From positions 3,360,001 to 3,424,000 of the forward strand of contig OY970194.1 in the NCBI GenBank assembly GCA_963708075.1: 64,000 nucleotides of DNA, read 5' to 3'. Below, piece after piece: positions 1 through 9,490 of this stretch. This stretch comes from Sedimentisphaerales bacterium. GTDB taxonomy: Bacteria; Planctomycetota; Phycisphaerae; Sedimentisphaerales; Anaerobacaceae. The position numbers and the translations under genes are program-made. Below the pieces are notes generated by a model that saw only the letters and a list, made by a program, of their open reading frames with translations, searched no databases and was not told the DNA's origin. Positions within the stretch are counted from its first letter, which is position 1. The number at the start of each line of letters is the position of its first letter.

Positions 1-108
1 TTCTTATGAATGAACGTTGGATGTCGCCGGGGCCGGAGGATAAAATGTGCACGCCGCTTTGGCCTGGTGGATTGATTGTATTGAAGGGATCTGGTCAGGG
101 GACGACTC

Positions 109-1454
109 ATGTGGCTTGTCATTCTGCTTTTGTTGGCAATCGTCTTTATCATTCTGAGCACGACTCGCTTGAAATTGCACCCGTTCTTATCGCTGCTGCT
201 GGCGGCGTTCGGCTATGGAATTTTCAGTGACAAGATGCCGCTGGAGGATGTGGCCAAAGCCATCAATTTCGGATTCGGCGACACGGTGGGCCGCATCGGC
301 ATCGTGATCCTGGCAGGCTCCATCATCGGGACCTTTCTGGAAAAATCCGGCGGCGCCCGCAAGCTGGCCGAGCGGGTCCTCGCCCTGGTCGGCTATAAGA
401 ATGTCCCTCTGGCCATGGGCGCCATCGGCTACATCGTCAGCATCCCGGTGTTCTGCGATTCGGGCTTCGTCATTCTGGCGCCGCTGGCCAAAGCCCTGTC
501 GCGCAAGGCCAAGGTCTCTCTGGCTGCCAGCGCCATCGCGCTGAGCCTTGGCCTGTATGCTACCCATACGATGGTGCCGCCGACGCCCGGGCCCATCGGT
601 GCTGCGGGCATTCTCAATGCGGACCTGGGCCTGGTGATCTTGTGGGGAATGCTGGTGGCGCTGGTTGCCCTGGCCGCCGGATGGTTGTTTGCTGTCCTGA
701 TCGCGGCCAGAACGCCCATTGACCTGGGGTCGGAGCCCAACGTGCCTGATGCTGCAGGATCGACCGCTGAAGGTCCTTCCGCGTTCAAATCACTCATTCC
801 CATCCTGCTGCCCATCATCCTGATCGTGCTCAAGTCGGTCAGCGACCAACTGCCTCACCCGCTGGGTGGTCCGAGTATTGGACGAATCATCAGCTTCGTC
901 GGGCAGCCGGTGGTTGCGCTGCTCCTGGGTGTCTTCTTTGCCTTCCTGCTCCCGAAAAGACTCACCCGCGAGATGCTTTCGACTACTGGCTGGGTGGGCG
1001 AGGGCATTGTCGCCGCCTCCATCATCATTGTGGTCACGGCCTGCGGCGGATCGTTTGGAGAGGTGCTGAAGAAGTCCGGCATCGCCGACGTCGTCACCCA
1101 GTACCTCGGCACAAGCACACATCTCAGCATCTTCCTTCCCTTCGCCATTGCCGCTGCACTCAAGACCGCTCAAGGCTCCTCCACGGTCGCCATGACCGCG
1201 ACGGCGAGCATCATGCTGCCGCTTCTGGAGCCACTCGGGTCTGCAGCGGCGCCACGGCTCGCGCGCTGACCGTAGTCACCATCGGGGCCGGCTCCATGGT
1301 CGTCAGCCACGCGAATGACAGCTACTTCTGGGTCGTCACCGGCTTTTCGAACATGACTGTCAAGCAAGGCTATAAGCTTCAGACTGTGGGCACTCTCGTG
1401 CAAGGCTGTGTCTCTGTCGTCGCCCTGTGGGGCATCAGCCGCATCGTCCTGTGA
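109..1454 (+). CDS. GntP-family gluconate/sugar-acid:H+ permease, reading frame broken near 1240
   Basis: Hydrophobic ORF 109-1269 with the GntP motifs 'KLHPFLSLL', 'IPVFCDSGFVIL', 'PPTPGP' and 'LKTAQGSSTVA'. The C-terminus 'ALTVVTIGAGSMVVSHANDSYFWVV...' continues in another frame to TGA 1452-1454. Confidence 0.85.
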
Positions 1455-1487
1455 CGCTCGCTTAGAAACGCTGGCGCCCGTCGCCGT

Positions 1488-1565
1488 GGGTGCCATGTCC
1501 TCGCTCGCGCGGACATGCTCCATCCATAGCCATCACATGCTTACGCGAGCGTAAGCATGGCGCCC
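1488..1565. repeat. REP-like composite palindrome (GGGTGCCATG ... CATGCTTACGCGAGCGTAAGCATGGCGCCC)
   Basis: Terminal inverted repeat with two internal hairpins, lying between convergent genes. The right half recurs at 34038-34067. Confidence 0.75.
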
Positions 1566-1587
1566 GGTCACCCATTGCCTTGCGTCT

Positions 1588-2946
1588 TTACGACTTCTGC
1601 CGCAGCTCGGCGTTTTGCGAGAGCAGCAGCCTCTGCACGGCGGCGACGTCAAGCTTTCGCGGCGGAACATTGCCTTTGGCTGCCAGGGCGGCTGCACAAC
1701 CGGAGGCGTGTCCGACCGCCATGGCGGGAGCCATGGAGCGCGCGGACTGGAACGGCCCCTGCTCACAGGAGATGCACCGACCGGTCAGGACCAGCCCATC
1801 GACCTTCTGCGGGACCAGCGAGCGATAAGGAATGTCGAAGCCCTCGTGATTGAAGAAGAATCGCTGGCCGTGATAGCTGGGCATCGGATTCGAGCTGATG
1901 GCGATCACGTCGGGGAACCGCGTGCCGTTGATGGCGTCCTGCTCCGTGACCGCATACTCGCCCAGGATGCGCCGCGTCTCGCGAACGCCGATGCCGGTGG
2001 CTATCTGCGATAAGTACACGGACTCGTTGCCCGGCGATTTCTTCAGTTGGCGGATCTGGTCCCACAGCTTCAATCGCGTCTCCACCTCGGCCCGCGTGAG
2101 ATTCTCTGCATCCAGCCCGTCGCCACTGAAGCCGGGTCCCCATTTGACCACGCGGTCGCCAAGCCGGATTCCGCCGGAAGACTCTTTGGCTCCTGGGGCC
2201 AATCCGCCCAGAATGTACATCAGGCTCATGCCCATGCGGTCGCCTTTGTCGGCAGGACTCATGAACGGCGCGCCCGCACGGGCGGCGATATCGCCATCGC
2301 CGGTGGCGTCGATCACGATATCAGCCGCAATCGCCTGTCGGCCCGACTTGGACTCCACGATGACTCCCGTGACGCGCGAGCCATCCTGCATCGGCGCAAC
2401 GACCCAACTGTGAAGACGCAGTGTCACGCCTTCTTTGCGGAGCAGGTTGAGTGAGGCGATTTTGGCAGCCTCCGGGTCGAAGCCGATGCAATAAGGTAGA
2501 TCGCCCGCCGTCACGTCGTGTTTGCTCTTGGGGTACGGATCGTCATCAGCGATGCCGTCGAGCCGGACAAGTTCGGCGATGTACTCGGCCGGGATACCCT
2601 TGACCGTCTGCAGCGCCTCGGGCGGCCGCTGATTGCGAAAGCCGTTGTAGCAGGTCATCAGCCCTGCCGTGCCATTACCGCCGAGGAATGGATACCGCTC
2701 GATCAGCAGGGTGCTCGCGCCGCTGCGTGCGGCGGCGGCCGCGGCAATCACACCGCTCGGCCCGCCTCCCGCTACGACCACTTGGTACCGCCCCACAATC
2801 GGCGTTTCCAGTTGCTCCTTGCACGATTTGGCTCCCGCCTGATCGCCTGCAGCAGAAGTCCCGCTAACGAAAGTTGCCCCCATGCCCAGAGCCGATCCCA
2901 GGAACTCGCGCCGGCCCAGCCCAGAATGACTTGTCGATTCAGACAT
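1588..2946 (-). CDS. FAD-dependent oxidoreductase (FAD_oxidored family) with Tat signal peptide
   Basis: 'GRREFLG' twin-arginine motif, 'VVVAGGGPSG' dinucleotide fold, 'IDATGDGDIA', 'GVRETRRI', 'IPYRSLVP'. Probable start ATG 2946. Confidence 0.85.
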   Translation of the reverse strand: MSESTSHSGLGRREFLGSALGMGATFVSGTSAAGDQAGAKSCKEQLETPIVGRYQVVVAGGGPSGVIAAAAAARSGASTLLIERYPFLGGNGTAGLMTCYNGFRNQRPPEALQTVKGIPAEYIAELVRLDGIADDDPYPKSKHDVTAGDLPYCIGFDPEAAKIASLNLLRKEGVTLRLHSWVVAPMQDGSRVTGVIVESKSGRQAIAADIVIDATGDGDIAARAGAPFMSPADKGDRMGMSLMYILGGLAPGAKESSGGIRLGDRVVKWGPGFSGDGLDAENLTRAEVETRLKLWDQIRQLKKSPGNESVYLSQIATGIGVRETRRILGEYAVTEQDAINGTRFPDVIAISSNPMPSYHGQRFFFNHEGFDIPYRSLVPQKVDGLVLTGRCISCEQGPFQSARSMAPAMAVGHASGCAAALAAKGNVPPRKLDVAAVQRLLLSQNAELRQKS

Positions 2947-3131
2947 GATCTTTCTCCCGGTGAAACAAAACCCTGTACAGAACTTCACGCTCGTGCTCCC
3001 CGAGCGTCCATCTATGGCAGATAGCATACTGGACAACCGCCGCTTTTCAAATATTCCTGCACGTACTTGAAGTACGTGGAGAAAAGACATACAAGAACAG
3101 AGTACTACCGGCAGTTCGAAGGAGAGATCGA

Positions 3132-5432
3132 ATGATGAGCAACAAATGCCTGACAATCGCGTGGGTGGGCAGCGTCCTTCTGGCCGGCGCCGCGCACAGC
3201 GCCGCCGACGTATTGCCCGCGGGCGACACTCGGCCTGCCATCGAGTTCAAGCACTTTCCCGACCGCCTGCACGCATTTGTCTGGCGGAATTGGGAGATGG
3301 TGTCTTTGGAGCGAATGGCCGAAGTGCTCGGCACAACGCCTGAGAAGGTTCGCGAGATCGGGCATTCGATGGGCCTGCCGCCGCATGAGCAGCCCCCCGC
3401 CGAATACCAGCAGCGCGGCTACATCTCGATCATCCGGCGAAACTGGCATCTCCTGCCCTATGAGCAACTGCTGACACTGCTCGGCTGGGACGCCCAAAAG
3501 CTCGCCTTCACGCTCAAGGAAGACGATTTTCTCTGGATCAAGCTCGGCTCGCTCAAGCCCTCGTGTCCAGCGCTTCACTACGTCGAGCCCAACGAGGCCG
3601 TGACGAAGCGATGCGAGGAGATCAAGGCGATTGTCACCTCGCAGTTCGCGGATGAGTTCGCCAAACCCGCACGGCCGCGATTTGACTTCTTCGACGATAC
3701 CGCTGCGACACCGGCGATGCCCCCCGCTGACTCGAAGAAGCAGGTAAGGTTCCTGTACTCCTACTGCGGCGTGTTCGGCGACCCGCTGCTCACGCCGGAA
3801 CTCGACCCTTACCCCGATGAATTGCTTCAGCGGCTGTCCTCGCTCGGCGTCAACGGGGTCTGGCTGCACGTGGTGCTGCACCAGTTGGCCCCGGGCTCGA
3901 TATTCCCCGAATTGGGCGTGGGCCATGAGCGACGAATCGCCAATCTCCGCACGCTGGTAGACCGGGCGGCCAAATACGGGATTGACGTCTATCTGTACAT
4001 GAATGAGCCACGGGCCATGCCGGCGTCCTTCTTCGAGGGCCGGGAGGATATCAAGGGCGTTCAGGAAGGCAACTACTTCACGCTGTGCACCTCGGCTCCG
4101 CCGGTCAGGCGGTGGCTCATGGAGTCCCTCACCTATGTTTTCAAGCAGGTGCCCGGCTTAGGTGGCGTGTTCACAATCACCGCCTCCGAGAACCTGACGA
4201 ACTGCTACAGTCACAGCCGCTCGCCCGGCTGTCCCCGCTGCTCGAAACGCTCGGCGCGGGAGGTGATCGCGGAGGTGAACAAGGCGATTGCCGATGGCGT
4301 GTGGGCGGGCAGCCCGCAGGCAAAGGTGATCGTCTGGGACTGGGGCTGGCCGGATGAGGCCGAGCAGATCATCAAGGCGTTGCCGAATAATGTCTACTTC
4401 ATGAGCGTCAGCGAGTGGGACAAGCCCATCACCCGCGGCGGCGTGGCCACCACGGTCGGCGAGTACTCGCTGTCCGCCGTCGGGCCGGGCCCGCGGGCGA
4501 CGAAGCACTGGGCCATCGCCCGAGAGCGCGGGCTCAAGACAATCGCCAAGGTCCAGGTCAACTGCTCGTGGGAGCTGTCGGCCGTGCCGTACCTGCCTGT
4601 GATGTACCTGGTGGCCCAACATTCCAGTAACCTGGCCCAGGCGGATATTGACGGCCTCATGCTGAGCTGGAGCGTGGGCGGGTACCCGTCGCCGAACCTG
4701 CAATTGGCGAGCGAGTTCCAGTCACAGCCGGCCCCCACCGTGGACGAGGCCGTCGCGAAGGTCGCCCGGCAGCGCTACGGCGAGGCGGCTGCCCCTGATG
4801 TCCTGGCGGCGTGGCGGAAGTTCAGCGACGCCTTCACGGAGTACCCGTTCCATGGAGGCTTCGTCTACAACGGTCCCGTGCAGTGCGGTCCGGCGAACCT
4901 CTTGTACCCCGAGCCGACCGGCTACAAGGCGACGATGGTCGGATTCCCCTACGATGACGTGGACGGCTGGCGGGCGGTATACCCGGCCGAGATCCTCGCG
5001 GAGCAATTCGAGAAGATCGCCGTGGGTTGGCGGGAGGGTCTCCGCAGCTTCCAGACCGCGGACTCCAAGGTGGAGACCGCCGCCCAGCGAGCCAACCTCC
5101 GCGAGGATATGGCTCTCGCTCAAGCCGCCTATGCACATTTCCGGGGCGTCACCAACCAGACTCGATTTGTCCTGGCGAGAAATGCGTTGCTTTCGGGACC
5201 GCTTAAAGACGCCGAGCGAGAGGCACAGATTGACATCATCCGAAAGATTGCCACGGGTGAGATGTATAATGCCAGGGCGCTATTCTCCCGGACACGCGCC
5301 GACCCCCGTATCGGGTTCGAAGCGTCCAACCACTATTACTATCTCCCGCTGGACCTGGTGGAGAAAGTGATCAACTGCCGGTACATAATCGACGCCTGGC
5401 TGCCCCGCATCTCGGCTGGACAAGGACAATGA
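3132..5432 (+). CDS. Secreted hypothetical protein, probable TIM-barrel glycoside-hydrolase-like
   Basis: 766-aa ORF with signal peptide, 'LGVNGVWL', 'YLYMNEP', 'VIVWDWGW' and a Cys cluster 'CYSHSRSPGCPRC'. Family not identifiable by eye. Confidence 0.6.
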   Translation: MMSNKCLTIAWVGSVLLAGAAHSAADVLPAGDTRPAIEFKHFPDRLHAFVWRNWEMVSLERMAEVLGTTPEKVREIGHSMGLPPHEQPPAEYQQRGYISIIRRNWHLLPYEQLLTLLGWDAQKLAFTLKEDDFLWIKLGSLKPSCPALHYVEPNEAVTKRCEEIKAIVTSQFADEFAKPARPRFDFFDDTAATPAMPPADSKKQVRFLYSYCGVFGDPLLTPELDPYPDELLQRLSSLGVNGVWLHVVLHQLAPGSIFPELGVGHERRIANLRTLVDRAAKYGIDVYLYMNEPRAMPASFFEGREDIKGVQEGNYFTLCTSAPPVRRWLMESLTYVFKQVPGLGGVFTITASENLTNCYSHSRSPGCPRCSKRSAREVIAEVNKAIADGVWAGSPQAKVIVWDWGWPDEAEQIIKALPNNVYFMSVSEWDKPITRGGVATTVGEYSLSAVGPGPRATKHWAIARERGLKTIAKVQVNCSWELSAVPYLPVMYLVAQHSSNLAQADIDGLMLSWSVGGYPSPNLQLASEFQSQPAPTVDEAVAKVARQRYGEAAAPDVLAAWRKFSDAFTEYPFHGGFVYNGPVQCGPANLLYPEPTGYKATMVGFPYDDVDGWRAVYPAEILAEQFEKIAVGWREGLRSFQTADSKVETAAQRANLREDMALAQAAYAHFRGVTNQTRFVLARNALLSGPLKDAEREAQIDIIRKIATGEMYNARALFSRTRADPRIGFEASNHYYYLPLDLVEKVINCRYIIDAWLPRISAGQGQ

Positions 5433-5443
5433 AGGGAACGCAC

Positions 5444-7799
5444 ATGAGAGTCATCACGATAATCCTGGCTGCGGCAATGATGTCGTCAGGTCAGGCGCAG
5501 GACGGGAGCGTCATCAAGAAAGCCTTGAGGCTGGACCAAGGGGGCGAGAACCTGCTCAGGGCGAATGCATGGACCGGCTACCAGAAGGGGTTCGTGAAGG
5601 ACGGCGACACGTTCTTCTGCGACAACGGCACGGATGCCCAGGCCCCGCGGGGAATCTCGCAGACAGTGACTTTGAATCAGACAAAACCGGAGCCGATCGT
5701 CGCCACGGCGTGGAGCAAAGCCGAAGGCGTCGGAGGCGGCCGCGATAATGATTACTCTCTGTATCTCGACCTCCTGTACACCGACGGCACGCCTCTCTGG
5801 GGCCAGGTGGACAGCTTCAACGTGGGCACACACGATTGGGAAAAAGCCCAGGTCATCGTGTTTCCGGAGAAGCCGGTAGCGCGGGTTTCGTTTTACATGC
5901 TGCTCCGCAGCCACGCGGGAAAAGCCTGGTTCCGCGATCCGCAACTGAAGACCATCAGCGCCTTCCTGTTCGACGGCGTCCCTGTCCAGCAGGTGAGCCC
6001 CGCACCGGAAGGACTCCAAGTCCGTGACGTTGCCACGGAGTCGGACTTTGTCGCCATCGAGCGAAGTGCCCTGGACCTGAAACTAGATTGCCGGACGCTG
6101 GAGACCGGCGGCGCGACCTTCTTCGATGTGACGCTGCAAGATACCTCCGGCAAAGACCGAGCTGTAACGCTGGTGTATGCGGTACCGCTGCCAGCGGCCG
6201 ACTGGCGGTGGCTTCAAGATCTACGATACAGCACCGCCACGGTAGAGGGGCGGGAGTACATTAGCGCGACGCGGTTCCGTGCCGGCGCTAACGGTCGGCT
6301 GTCGCGATATCCTTTCGGGGCGGTGGCCAGTTCCAGCGAGGGCATGGCACTCGGGATCGATATGGCGCAGCCGGCTTTCTTCCGCGTAGGATACAATGCC
6401 GGGACGCGGGAGCTTTTCCTCGCATACGACATCGGCCTGACACCCGAGAAACCGTCGGCCACCCTGCGATTCTGTAAGTTCCTGTTCGATCCGAGATGGC
6501 AGTTCCGCGGCGCTCTGGCACGGTTCTACGAGTTGTTCCCCGAGCAATTCCGGACGCGCATCGCACGACAGGGCCTGTGGATGCCTTTCGCCAAAATCAG
6601 CGAGGTCAAGGGCTGGGAGGACTTCGACTTCCGGTTCAAGGAAGGCAACAATGAGAACCCGGTGGGACGACGAGCATGATATCATCACCTTCCGCTACAC
6701 GGAGCCGATGACGTGGTGGATGTCCATGCCCACGGACATGCCCCGCACGCTGGAGGCCGCCGTCGCGGAGGCGAAGCGTCTGGCCGCCAGTCGTATCGAT
6801 GCTCAGGCCCTGTTCACCAGCGGCTATCACGACGAGACGGGCCAGTTCGCCGCCCGCCTGCTTGACACGCCCTGGTGCAACGGCGCGGTCTGGAGCATGA
6901 ACTCCATGCCCGAGATCGCCGGCCAGGTCACCGATTTCAAAAACAAGTGGAATCCGGAACTTCGTGGGAAGCTGTACGGGCCGGCAGCCAATGGGGCATT
7001 GGATGGCGAGTACATCGACTCCAGCGAGGGGTATGTCACGGATGAGCTGGATTTCCGGAGGGATCACTTCAGCGCTGCGAGGACGCCGCTGACATTCTCG
7101 CTCGACAGCCGCAAGCCGGCGATCTTCCGCGGCCTGATCGTGTTCGAGTACGTGCGCGCCATCGGCCGGGACATCCACTCGATGGACAAGTACATGATGG
7201 CCAATGGCACACCCTATGGCCTGTGCTGGCTGGCGCCACTGCTGGACGTGCTGGGCACCGAGACGGACTGGAACCCCGGCGGAAAATGGCAGCCGATGTC
7301 GGACAGTGATCTTCTCTATCGCCGTGCCCTGTGCAGGGGCAAACCCTACTGCTTTCTCATGAACACCGAATTCGAGCGGTTCTCGCATGAGGCGGTCGAG
7401 AAGTATATGAAGCGGTCCCTTGCCTACGGCATGTTCCCCGGCTTCTTCAGCGCCAATGCCTCAACGGGCCACTACTTTGCCCGGTCCGAGCTTTACGACC
7501 GTGACCGAGATCTCTTCAAGAAGTACGTGCCGCTGTGCAGACTGGTCGCCGAGGCCGGCTGGGAGCCCGTCACGGGAGCACGCTCGGATAAGGAGGCCGT
7601 CTACGTCGAGCGTTATGGCGACAGATACCTGACAATCTTCAATGACACCGACCGAGTGCAAGAGACACGCATATCGATTGACGCCGGCACGACCGGTCCG
7701 GTATCAGACCTCGTGGCAGGCCGGACCGTCCAGTTCCAGAATGGAAGGGCCACACTCTCGCTCGGCCCCGAGGATGTGGCCGTTCTCCAAATGCACTGA
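5444..7799 (+). CDS. Secreted protein with N-terminal carbohydrate-binding-like module and putative glycoside hydrolase domain; single +1 frameshift at 6653-6659
   Basis: ORFs 5429-6679 and 6651-7799 join seamlessly (FKEGNNE-TRWDDEHDI) if one A is removed from GAGAACC. Signal peptide at 5444. Confidence 0.65.
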
Positions 7800-7880
7800 A
7801 CTGTACTGATTTGGAGAAACCCTCGCGAGGCAGAGACCCTGCCGTGCGACTGCATTTCGTGGCATGCGATGTGCTCCGCC

Positions 7881-7935
7881 ATGTAGGGCGAGCGTCCCCG
7901 CTCGCCCAGGTCGTGCGGGGACGCACAACCTACAT
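7881..7935. repeat. GTAG-type REP doublet (inverted pair)
   Basis: ATGTAGGGCGAGCGTCCCCGCTCGCCC ... GCGGGGACGCACAACCTACAT: two GTAG-capped palindromes in inverted orientation between convergent genes. Confidence 0.7.
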
Positions 7936-7966
7936 AAGACGCCCGTGGCCTTCCGCGGGACCGGCC

Positions 7967-7994
7967 GGGTGGGCAGGAAACCTGCCCATCCTAC
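7967..7994 (-). repeat. GTAG-type REP overlapping a stop codon
   Basis: Minus strand reads GTAGGATGGGCAGGTTTCCTGCCCACCC. The TAG of GTAG is the stop of the 7991-8992 gene. Confidence 0.65.
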
Positions 7995-8992
7995 TTTTTG
8001 AACACGCTTGTGGCGTAGATCAGCGGCTCGAAAGTCGGCAGGTCCTTCATCTTTACGGCTCCCCACGTCGTGTTCAGGTGTCCGAGCATCCGCGGGTTGT
8101 TGATCGTCCTGGAGTAGTCCACGAAAGCTTTGGTTACTTCCGGCTTCTTCCAGCTCGCCGGCCACACGCGGAACCCTTTCTCCACGAACATGGGCACCGA
8201 TTCATACGCCTGGCGAGGCTCGTAGTGCCAGTCACAGATGATGATGTCCTTGCCAATCCGGTCAATGGCCGGTGCGGTGCCGTTCTCGCTGGCCTCCCAT
8301 TTGCCATACTTGATCTTGCCGGCGTCGATCAGGCGGTCGCCCCACATCAACATCTCGATCTTCTTCTCCTCCACGAGATGTTTGTGGTAGTCGTTGACGG
8401 CCTTGGCGAAAAGCTCCGCCTTGTCCTTGCCCTTGCAGCGAGGGCATGCGTCCTCGCCGATCAGAAAGACCTCGTCCAGCCCGACGTGCAGGGCGTCCGC
8501 CTGGAACGCGTCGATCAGCTCGTCCATGAGGCTGAAGATGATGGGATTAACCTCGGGATGCAAGGGACACCAGCTTCGGCAGTAGATGCCTTCGTTATTC
8601 GGGTACAGCCCGGGCGTTTCATCGAACTGCGGGTACTTGGTCAGCAGAGGAGCCGTGCGTTTGCTCCAGGACTGGTGCCCCAGGCACTGGAACTGGGGGA
8701 TGAGCCGGACCTGATGCGCCTTGCACTCCGCCGCCAGTTTTCTGATCTGCTCCTTATTGCTGCCATTGTCCGACCGCAGCTCCGGGTGCGACTGGTACTC
8801 GAAACCGTAGTTGATCTCCGCGACAATGGCATTGATGCCGAGGTCCGCCAGCCTGGCGACTACCTCGGTCAACTGGGCCGTGTTGTCCTTGCCGTTGAGC
8901 CCGACGTGAACGCCCAACCAGGGCTTAGACTCCCCCGCTGTGCAGATCGACGATACAGCGAGGACCGCTACCATCAGAATCGACGTTTTCAT
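7991..8992 (-). CDS. Secreted GH20-like glycoside hydrolase (catalytic barrel only)
   Basis: Signal peptide 'MKTSILMVAVLAVSSIC', 'LIPQFQCLGH', the GH20-type 'LHVGLDEV' motif, 'MLMWGD', 'IICDWHY'. Confidence 0.75.
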   Translation of the reverse strand: MKTSILMVAVLAVSSICTAGESKPWLGVHVGLNGKDNTAQLTEVVARLADLGINAIVAEINYGFEYQSHPELRSDNGSNKEQIRKLAAECKAHQVRLIPQFQCLGHQSWSKRTAPLLTKYPQFDETPGLYPNNEGIYCRSWCPLHPEVNPIIFSLMDELIDAFQADALHVGLDEVFLIGEDACPRCKGKDKAELFAKAVNDYHKHLVEEKKIEMLMWGDRLIDAGKIKYGKWEASENGTAPAIDRIGKDIIICDWHYEPRQAYESVPMFVEKGFRVWPASWKKPEVTKAFVDYSRTINNPRMLGHLNTTWGAVKMKDLPTFEPLIYATSVFKK

Positions 8993-9474
8993 TGGATCAC
9001 CTCCTGATGACTGGCGCCCACAAGGGCGCACACCTTTTCGAGATTCACATTATCTATTTCATCAAAGGCCCGAAGCCGGTCGGAATCTACGTCCAGCACG
9101 GCGATGAGGGCCCCGCTGGGCGCGATCACGGGCACGACGATTTCAGATCGCGTCGAGCCGGAGCAGGCAATGTAGCCGGGGAACTGACGGACATCAGGGA
9201 CAAGCTGCGTCGTTCGCGTCCTCGCGGCCGCCCCGCATACGCCCCTGTCGAACGGGATCTGCAGACAGCCATGCGTGCCTTGATACGGCCCGATCTTGAG
9301 CAGGCCCGGTGACACAACCCGATAGAATCCCGTCCAGTCGAAGTAGTCGAAGCTCTGGTGAAGCTCGCACGCGACCGTCGCCATGACTGTAATTGGATCA
9401 TCTTCGCCCGCGATCAGCTCGCTTATCCGCTGCAGCGTCCGATCGTACAATTCCTGCTTGCTGTCGGTGATCAT
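8989..9474 (-). CDS. msrC: GAF-domain protein, free methionine-(R)-sulfoxide reductase (MsrC/fRMsr) family
   Basis: 'WTGFY', 'GPYQGTHGCLQIPFDRGVCGAAA', 'FPGYIAC', 'SEIVVPV', 'VLDVDS'. Confidence 0.8.
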   Translation of the reverse strand: MITDSKQELYDRTLQRISELIAGEDDPITVMATVACELHQSFDYFDWTGFYRVVSPGLLKIGPYQGTHGCLQIPFDRGVCGAAARTRTTQLVPDVRQFPGYIACSGSTRSEIVVPVIAPSGALIAVLDVDSDRLRAFDEIDNVNLEKVCALVGASHQEVIQ

Positions 9475-9490
9475 CTCCGGCCCCGCCTCA

